From a virus: a stretch of 64,000 nt of DNA. Below, one piece after another: positions 59,901 through 64,000 of the stretch. Location: positions 27,350-91,349 of IMG/VR virus record IMGVR_UViG_3300043827_000628. One strand, written 5' to 3'. A program made the position numbers and the translations under genes. Below the pieces are notes generated by a model, which did no database searches, was not told the origin of the DNA, and saw nothing but the letters and a program-made list of their open reading frames with translations. The first letter of the stretch is position 1. Each line of letters starts with the position of its first letter.

Positions 59901-60464
59901 ATTATTAAAAGAATTTATTGAAGCAGTTAAAGCTTCTACGCTAGAAGCAGCATCAAGACCAGAAAGACGAGCTAAAATTAATGCATCACTTGTTCTCTTT
60001 AAAGTTTGTTCAAGACTTAAACCTTGACGAGCTAATTCTCCGGCTGCAGTAGCTACTGTTGAAAATGCTTGACCACTATTTTTTGCTATTTCAAAAAGTC
60101 GATTTCCAAACTGATCGAGACTTTTTGCGCTAACGCCTAAAATAACATTAATATCTGCTAAAGATTTCTGTACTTCTATTGTACTTCCAATTAAAGTTAT
60201 AAAAGCTCTTTGAACATTATATATTGCTCCTGCAGAGGCACCGAATGCAATAACACGGGCGTTGGATGCATCTAACGATTTTTGGAACTCATTTGCTGCT
60301 CCCGTAATTCTACCTAAAGGTTGAGTAAAAGCTCTAGAATTTATTCCTTGTCCTAAATTAAATCCTCTGCTTTCTAATCTTTTTAAAGCTGCAGATACTT
60401 CCCTTTCCATTTGGGAAGTATTAACTGATAGATTAATCTGCGCCTCACCTATATTTTGAGCCAT
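50919..60464 (-). CDS. Tape measure protein (TP901-type core) with GH73 muramidase/glucosaminidase and other modules
   Basis: ELARQGL, VDAAFAVSSADLAEAL, TARGGAVIGNSLKTIFTR; AQFALES.YG...FNLAGIK...YRKY...GYA; two DDVPAML..GEYV modules. Confidence 0.93.
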   Translation of the reverse strand: MAQNIGEAQINLSVNTSQMEREVSAALKRLESRGFNLGQGINSRAFTQPLGRITGAANEFQKSLDASNARVIAFGASAGAIYNVQRAFITLIGSTIEVQKSLADINVILGVSAKSLDQFGNRLFEIAKNSGQAFSTVATAAGELARQGLSLEQTLKRTSDALILARLSGLDAASSVEALTASINSFNNSALDSTQIVNKLASVDAAFAVSSADLAEALKRVGSSAQDVGVSFDQLLAIVASVNQTTARGGAVIGNSLKTIFTRVQRTDVLDQLEGLGIAVRDLQGNTAPAIQILTGLATKFDQLGAAQKAQIAELVGGVFQINVLKAALGDLSREYSVYGNALKISSGATDEAIKRNEELNKTLSALINKTIANLTKAGSDIGSLTLAPAIERVLGTLNGVLESFDFKGGSGLGNKIGKGILEGIGDFIVGPGLLLLGAVFTKIFINLTKFTADATKTFLGLGKAGQEQAKIQERINSILTQNPQLVQNIVNKQISLLQVEKDILTVIQAQSAARQQSNAIAASLTKGLVTRGVVSTEKGVITAPATTRNKSRGFIPNFNANKEIMGAISGGYMPGEVRSMNIPNYGRVTYNDAETVKKFSGLSQPGIMPPANSEAGKAYKQKFKGRYGIDPYANRGFIPNFASYDAMVERGYIPISKNIYDELNKKNSPFKQYLIGGTSEGGSFLKNSVKDNALSYYKTQTEARALGLGKGVLSKDEINQTGAVLVYPSFGGTGLGSTKATADKYMGKRGDPNPEFIFSTFGFPGGKGGLGAELYTDIEKKLKGAVYTFINNAALNPENLVRSGQFKNYVDSNFNRSTIEAAIGSVFEAGLKSAIFSAVEDPNAPLDLTKDELNRIAKTFKGAEVLNKFKFGEVKNALNPDQAQSMANKIASNQGYPLKSQAKTKKALGFIPNFSPLDKAFSTEKSLGGKPTLDYKEGLGLYVRDGKTQPNFAAVMRDHPEGISNAIQNSKKIQGMMTNGFIPNFAGVGLGGFDPTSLMLLLLGQRRTEEQAATLQQTRIEQIKYKDLLRERNKALNNLKNIERSSANDEQAISNARKQLESATVNLANYRQQASREGPILGVGSTALERRVDFNRRGGVGGAIGRFGSRYGAAATIAAPIIGGIISQYVGDDVSRGGRATRAGVTGAFGTLGAVGTAAALGGGPMTIGAAGVAAGGLAVYNVISELKDIMPEVAKEIEIAKENFNNLTVGAQTLNTSLETLNTLEERPDLSTETKVRLIQKANSDIVDGLNQIAMVSPKTAEEVKNLYVQLGNTAELRERINLALAESRGTLNIAESKGAFLKGGMDRAELMDRFGFLTGDKTFRELDKEQKIRFQNLVDQQAKSLETYYEAITEKQLTQEDARKIQNAAENAKQGIASISDGINTLGLPKDQAEALTALIEEGKRDLTPVIEAFIAMENRRIEYENLQNKINQIAATRNITTMEGLSGLLGRTGNVPISPRDLERVRFTDVNQSLQAGVSKGFEQDFTKQYTDLYYQVGNTSTGMKQLEEFTKSYAEIVNKVKDKTMSVNDAFAELKLRSDAITFQTNASKMFSSERAEARQNYFNDLLKQGKLQEGFQPVTSFFDRFGDNAQTTARKINESFANLAENMQTGFEDAFGAFLDGTKTAEDAFRDMALSISQQIIKEQFSIGMRSLLGGLTGGGGFGGTANNSGGLLGGIFNSIFGGGKAKGGLIKKYSGGGYVDGGSGVKDDVPAMLTDGEYVLRKSAVNKYGINALNMLNQGGMIKGYSTGAKVTAESLPLSMNKQLNQQLYGITRLQGGIKANIPGTLAGGFRLKTLYDISDRTISGFIQSAANQYGQPWNQFNSGNTVARGFMLADPSVSVKGEPLGGMMASPRVKIGSQYGSTITSSAGGRAAEANPSRVLPMFKGVQQGSIRQAALYGVNPAQTPIYGNFGIEDKTPALFKGKNLTMSQFKYLEGKYSILDDEKGLSYPKTAGGMGAKPPKNLPDWVRLKPLQQARARAYQGLHDTSSPFDPSKVRAALGENIQFGVKSSEMASPEVLLPKIAKPYARLVGDSTKAIPVSQHPLLKSLMRYQDKITRFGSPLLKTGVKMLGVAGGIFGNLDLFDQWMAEQGYYPFPGGGDNILSKGGRIRGYATGGSINSLLVNQYDFYGVQGERLTRPFTDEAFKTTVNAPEELANVPALTGRFNISDLLSTRAITDENNPMNALRSERFMGMQNYQQQVSNFKTSYNEQMRQVEEMRRKAQEEANRINSERMAAYNRQVTQGFIGGLLGVGMGLFGSMASVGKFGSGLGSLFGGGGGGGSIGNTFLGFFQDIGKTVMGSIGQYSGMQTSIPGLTDEQTKEIKRQVEMGQLSGFRDPFAKQMQLLPQYGPGAGGIGFGPGGFQMMGGAPSSTYQGLAFNVGLGAPAGYKTYTQNAAQDYFMMFARPVDPLFYARGNVAPILTNPYEQIFGQAAAGRYAIGGKVKGYRTGADVKKQAFVDQNYPIAFLIAQKLGTTPEAVLAQFALESDYGMSELARFGFNLAGIKAGGGYKGDTITLPANADERARGELSPNVYRKYKDLNEFTEDFIQFMKKPRYKEALGVTDVAKRADILARQGYAGKLPEGAYATKVAGTAKALRSYLPQARSTLPISIDPEGIATTGGGPKGTFPAMPQVSIAGLPPELQRQVDLGFLTPEAAKKAMQSPQGVVNMPFPSRSTMPMPAFPISTPQIAGTNPPVVTAGTSLPARTQISRLYENPRRYARGAPQALSIPEIPVDLPQPWETVGKPWEVVTDAIKRLYPNGFPGYPGKPGIPPSNRAMMQPPKAYKPGGLPSSQKVTKQDFNPFADPEFAEEYQKNLADLIKQEELAPQDLYRAVGALMDTKNVTNLEKGLQARFSSFYTNQPYNRLLLGTDPMAFMGKSSYGQLGFNNYLNYLGFTGSTTGQLGSFKFPRTPNALSPFAFGSRYFGGFGNFGGANYGFSSSTGIPFSNWFSTGSRLGITPSWASRATGGMIYGGTSTKDDVPAMLMGGEYVIRKDVVDRMGELFFNRLNRGQVQGFAEGGPVGTSLPSIGLGGEQNNQDNSRAQFVDAMTKLLKSLDQLNRTVEDQTKEMKDKTETEATVTDTTQAGGVTNNITISVNVDQNGQTSQDKKDESQDSEGNDMNDQEKFKKTMERSRILAELLRQQILKVIVEEQRPGGVLYQGSKGRDLGR

Positions 60465-60532
60465 AATGCCTTTTTCCTATAACAAATTACACATTTATTG
60501 TAAAAATATTAGGTTAGTATATAATATTTCTC

Positions 60533-61546
60533 TTATAATCCATGCAATTTTATAAGATCTTGCATGTCTAATTTTCCACCTTTTTTACTAGCTTCTTTGG
60601 CTAAATCTATTGTATTGGATGTATCTTTTTCCTCTTTAATACCCAAACGCTTTAAGTCTTCAGTTGTAGCCCCTACAATAGAAGTTGCTATATTATCTTT
60701 TTGGCTTATTTTACTATTCTTGTTTAATACTTCCTCTACATTTTTTGAGCCTTCGAACCATTCTATAAGTTTATCTGGATCTTGGGTTAAATAATCTGGA
60801 GGTCTAGTTTTAGCGTTTTGTATGATATTTTTAAAATACCTTCCATAACTAAATAATTCAATTTGATAAAAACTTAATTCAACCAAAGGTTTGCCATAGA
60901 ATATATAAGGATCATCTTGACTAAGATAAAATATATTAGAAAAATATCCTGCTAAACTTATCTTTTTTAAATTTAAATCATTAAATTTATCATTTACTTC
61001 ATTATAATTTTTTATTAAATTAACTATATCTTTATTATCTAACTCTTCATAATCTACTTCGCTAAAGAATTTATCTTTTAGGTCTTCAGATTTATATAAA
61101 GACATATACATATAATATTCATTAATTTTTTTAGCGGTATATTCTTCCGCTGTAAATCCTATTAGAGCTTTCTTGTCCATTTCTAAAGCTTTTAACTCGG
61201 TTTCATTTTTATCAATTTCTGCACCTATCTGATCTAATTGCGATTTAAGAAATAATTTACTTTTAGTAGATTTTAAGTTGAGAATAAACTTTTTAAGTTC
61301 AGATATCTTTTTATTTTTAGACTCTTCCCAAAGACCTTCTTTGATTAGATATTCTTCTTGTTCTTGATGCGTGGGCAAACCCATACTCTTGGCTTTCTCT
61401 AAAAACTGCTGATTATATATATCAATCTCAGCAGAATCCTGATTGTTGATATGTTTGAAAAATAAAGTGCCAGTCCCATTGATATTCTTTTTAGAATATC
61501 CTTTGATTATTTCAGAAAAAATAATCTTTAGATTTGATCCTATCAT
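60533..61546 (-). CDS. Probable tail assembly chaperone-related protein
   Basis: Helical protein directly upstream of the tape measure. Confidence 0.5.
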   Translation of the reverse strand: MIGSNLKIIFSEIIKGYSKKNINGTGTLFFKHINNQDSAEIDIYNQQFLEKAKSMGLPTHQEQEEYLIKEGLWEESKNKKISELKKFILNLKSTKSKLFLKSQLDQIGAEIDKNETELKALEMDKKALIGFTAEEYTAKKINEYYMYMSLYKSEDLKDKFFSEVDYEELDNKDIVNLIKNYNEVNDKFNDLNLKKISLAGYFSNIFYLSQDDPYIFYGKPLVELSFYQIELFSYGRYFKNIIQNAKTRPPDYLTQDPDKLIEWFEGSKNVEEVLNKNSKISQKDNIATSIVGATTEDLKRLGIKEEKDTSNTIDLAKEASKKGGKLDMQDLIKLHGL

Positions 61547-62331
61547 TCATTTGAGCCGGTTTTTGCCTCGGGTTTGATTTCTTCAGTAGGATTTTCAAAA
61601 GCTATAGTTGCAAGCTTTTCAAACTCTTCTTGAGAAGATGCTCGGCCTACATACCAAAAGCTTACGAAGTAAGCAAGTTTACGACAAACAAGAGCTTCAA
61701 AATCAGTTCCGTTTTCTTCCATATGATCATAAATTCTTAGTTTACTTTCATAAAATCCATCTCCAAAAAATGGATACTCTTCGCCTTTATCATTTAATCC
61801 ATAAGCTAGTTGCAATACCCACCATAAAATAGTTTTATTTCTAGCTCTATTTTCAGCGGTTTGATCAAACAAGCTAGCTTGAGCAGTTTCAAAATCTTGA
61901 ATTTCAGTCCTAAGTTCTGTAAGCTCATTGATTACTTCTTTGTATCTTATATTTTCTGCTTCTGTTCTTTCTGATTCATCTTTAATGCTTAATTTTTGAA
62001 ATTCATTCTGCTTTTCAAACATGCTAACATAAAGCGTAGCGTATGCATTTTTTTCCTCCTCACTAAGAACTCCTCCATCATTTGTGAATCTTTTAGATAG
62101 TAGAGCTCTAGTTAGCAATCCGGCTTTAATCCCTTCTGATAAGCGAACTCCATAAAATAATTCCGCCTCATCAAAAAGCGCACGCGTTGGTTTGCGAAGA
62201 AAGATTTTAACCTGTTCTTTTTTTTTAACTTTTTTAGTAGTTTTTATTTCTTCACCTTTTTCATTTTTAGAGATTTCAATTTCTTCAACTTCAACCTCTT
62301 TTGGCACCACAAATTCAAATAGCTTTTTCAT
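61543..62331 (-). CDS. Probable tail assembly chaperone (start revised to 62331)
   Basis: Between tube and tape measure; acidic and helical; AAGG leader before MKKLF. Confidence 0.5.
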   Translation of the reverse strand: MKKLFEFVVPKEVEVEEIEISKNEKGEEIKTTKKVKKKEQVKIFLRKPTRALFDEAELFYGVRLSEGIKAGLLTRALLSKRFTNDGGVLSEEEKNAYATLYVSMFEKQNEFQKLSIKDESERTEAENIRYKEVINELTELRTEIQDFETAQASLFDQTAENRARNKTILWWVLQLAYGLNDKGEEYPFFGDGFYESKLRIYDHMEENGTDFEALVCRKLAYFVSFWYVGRASSQEEFEKLATIAFENPTEEIKPEAKTGSNE

Positions 62332-62590
62332 ATTCCTTATCCCTTTCAATTGATTCTATATATTTTTTAACTTTTTTAAATTGCACCCTACCACCTAGTA
62401 AGGATATAAATTTATTTTGTTTTTCCTTGTTCCATTTATCATAATTTTTACTTAAAAAGTTTGGGTTTGTTACTACTTCAAAAGTAGGTCTTAGTACTCC
62501 ATACTCTTTAAGAGATCTCTGAATTGATTGCAATTCAAGATTATTACGAATAACAGCTTCTTCTGAAAACTTAAAAATCATCTTTCTCAT
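62315..62590 (-). CDS. Hypothetical protein
   Basis: Coupled ORF in the tail operon. Confidence 0.6.
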   Translation of the reverse strand: MRKMIFKFSEEAVIRNNLELQSIQRSLKEYGVLRPTFEVVTNPNFLSKNYDKWNKEKQNKFISLLGGRVQFKKVKKYIESIERDKEYEKAI

Positions 62591-62817
62591 TTTAAATTAA
62601 AATCAAATTTTTCTAATTCTTCCTCTATTTCACGAATTGTATCATTGCCGTGATCAAGTATTCTTTTACGATATTTTTGATATGATTCATTATCCATATT
62701 ATAGTTAGAATTTACAGTATCTTCAAGAATAAAAAGACAATGCTTATATAAATTTGTTACTTTTCTACGAAATTGGAATAATACATATTCCCTTAATTTA
62801 GGGTCACCTTTTTCCAT
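62587..62817 (-). CDS. Hypothetical protein
   Basis: Own GTGTAA motif (62846-62851) and AAGG leader. Confidence 0.65.
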   Translation of the reverse strand: MEKGDPKLREYVLFQFRRKVTNLYKHCLFILEDTVNSNYNMDNESYQKYRKRILDHGNDTIREIEEELEKFDFNLK

Positions 62818-62852
62818 AATATTTAACCTTTTTCCTTACTTTATATTACACT

Positions 62853-62890
62853 AAAAAAATACCCCGTCAAGGATTAACCTGACGGGGTAT
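62853..62890 (-). terminator. Rho-independent terminator after the tail tube gene
   Basis: ATACCCCGTCAGG-ttaat-CC(T)TGACGGGGTAT followed by a T run on the minus strand. Confidence 0.9.
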
Positions 62891-62908
62891 ATAATATATA
62901 ACTATTTA

Positions 62909-64000
62909 CTATTCTTTTACACCGCTCATAAACAAGCCACGATCCGTTTGATTTGGACCACCGATTTGTGTAGAGAAGTTTAATGTAACCGATTTGTTAT
63001 CACCGATAGAACTACTAAACTCTTGACTATCAAGTTTTGCTTTTTCTAGTTTGTAAGAAACTTGATTTGCAGAAGTTGTTGGGTTCTTGATGTTAATTTG
63101 TAGATTATAATCTTTGTCTGCGCCAATGATATCAGCAAGATTACCAGTTGTTAGATCTCCAACAAGAGCGTCTATAGAGAGCGAAACAGTGACTGGGAAT
63201 GTAATCTCTCTTGCAAATGCGAACTTACTTCCTAACTTCTGGAGTGGCTCACGAGCAAGATCAAAGTTTAATGTGTAGCTTTGTATTTTTGCATCAGAGA
63301 TTTTAACGCCACCCTCATCATAACCAAGTTCAAATGTGATATCGCCTGGGCGAAGAGCGCTTACGCCAGTAGCGCCAACAGATGAAGAGACTGGGTTTAA
63401 TGCATATTGTTTTGTAGTAATTTTACTTCCGTCTGTTGATAGAACAGCTGGAATGTGATTACCTGTAACGCCATTATCAAATGACATATTTAAACCTTCA
63501 ACATTAACTGTTACAGTTGGGAAATTACCAATAGAGCCCTCTGTTGAATATGAGGTTAAGAAACCATTTCCGATACAAATAACGTTTTGATTGCTTGCGC
63601 CTGCTCCTACTCCAAGAGCATCTGTTCCTTCGGATACAGTACGGATGAAGTAATTCTTTTCGTCTTGAGTCTTATTGAGGATTCCAGAGATACATGTAAC
63701 ATCAAACGAATCCAATGGAGCAAAACCTAACAATTCTTCGTTAGCGAAACTGTTAAGTAGATAACTGAAGTCAAGCGATACAGTTGGGGATTCTAGAATA
63801 ACGCGGTCTATAGCTGCTAATTCGCCAAATTGATTAACGTCTTGACGAGTGATGTTGAAACTATAATTTGCAGTTTGAATACGATGCAATTGATTAACTA
63901 GATTATCACCTGTATTACCGGAGCTAAAATGATCGCCAGTAGCTGGGGTTGGACCAACGTAAAGCGCTTCAGATTGATAAATAATTCTATTTCTTGGCAT
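62909..64000 (-). CDS. Major tail tube protein
   Basis: Upstream of chaperones and tape measure; strong terminator; beta-rich two-repeat pattern shared with three paralogues. Confidence 0.75.
   Translation of the reverse strand: MPRNRIIYQSEALYVGPTPATGDHFSSGNTGDNLVNQLHRIQTANYSFNITRQDVNQFGELAAIDRVILESPTVSLDFSYLLNSFANEELLGFAPLDSFDVTCISGILNKTQDEKNYFIRTVSEGTDALGVGAGASNQNVICIGNGFLTSYSTEGSIGNFPTVTVNVEGLNMSFDNGVTGNHIPAVLSTDGSKITTKQYALNPVSSSVGATGVSALRPGDITFELGYDEGGVKISDAKIQSYTLNFDLAREPLQKLGSKFAFAREITFPVTVSLSIDALVGDLTTGNLADIIGADKDYNLQINIKNPTTSANQVSYKLEKAKLDSQEFSSSIGDNKSVTLNFSTQIGGPNQTDRGLFMSGVKE

Noticed and set aside
61520-61620. Programmed frameshift between tail chaperone genes
   Set aside because: Genes are joined by an ordinary ATGA overlap and I found no convincing slippery heptamer
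5459-61832. Short antisense or nested ORFs in the track (e.g. 5459-5773, 22008-22379, 55393-55722, 58599-58892)
   Set aside because: Shadows of well-supported genes, with no motifs or start signals
1-64000. CRISPR array, integrase, transposase, reverse transcriptase / DGR
   Set aside because: No regularly spaced repeats or corresponding protein motifs seen by eye; a computational repeat scan could still find weak cases

Overview
AT-rich 64 kb segment of a large tailed dsDNA phage (Caudoviricetes) with a lambda-like non-contractile tail tip, read in the standard genetic code; I cannot name the host. Left to right: (1) 1-5.8 kb: small genes, a structured non-coding region, a complete tmRNA, probable head-associated modular proteins and an Hsp20 gene with a sigma54-type promoter. 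(2) 5.8-12.7 kb: a glycosyltransferase / methyltransferase / nucleotide-sugar island in which several genes are reduced to stubs. (3) 12.6-27.5 kb: replication and recombination core (RecA, DnaB, ThyX, primase, PD-(D/E)XK nuclease, split DnaE with DnaQ, SSB-like, two glycosyltransferases, annealing-protein-like). (4) 27.5-64 kb: tail module (fibres, three tube paralogues, gpM-L-K-I-J tip operon, 3181-aa tape measure with a GH73 domain, chaperones, major tube). Main findings: Hint (BIL-type) domains in both gpI and gpJ, each followed by Gly-Gly rather than a Cys/Ser/Thr nucleophile and next to an intact JAB protease; strong S/T-Gly enrichment in virion fibre proteins alongside many glycosyltransferases; a GTGTAA promoter motif with largely leaderless transcripts; a 7-nt-periodic AAGG leader motif in tail genes; and a tmRNA with a long basic tag. 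All family assignments come from motif recognition by eye, not from database searches.
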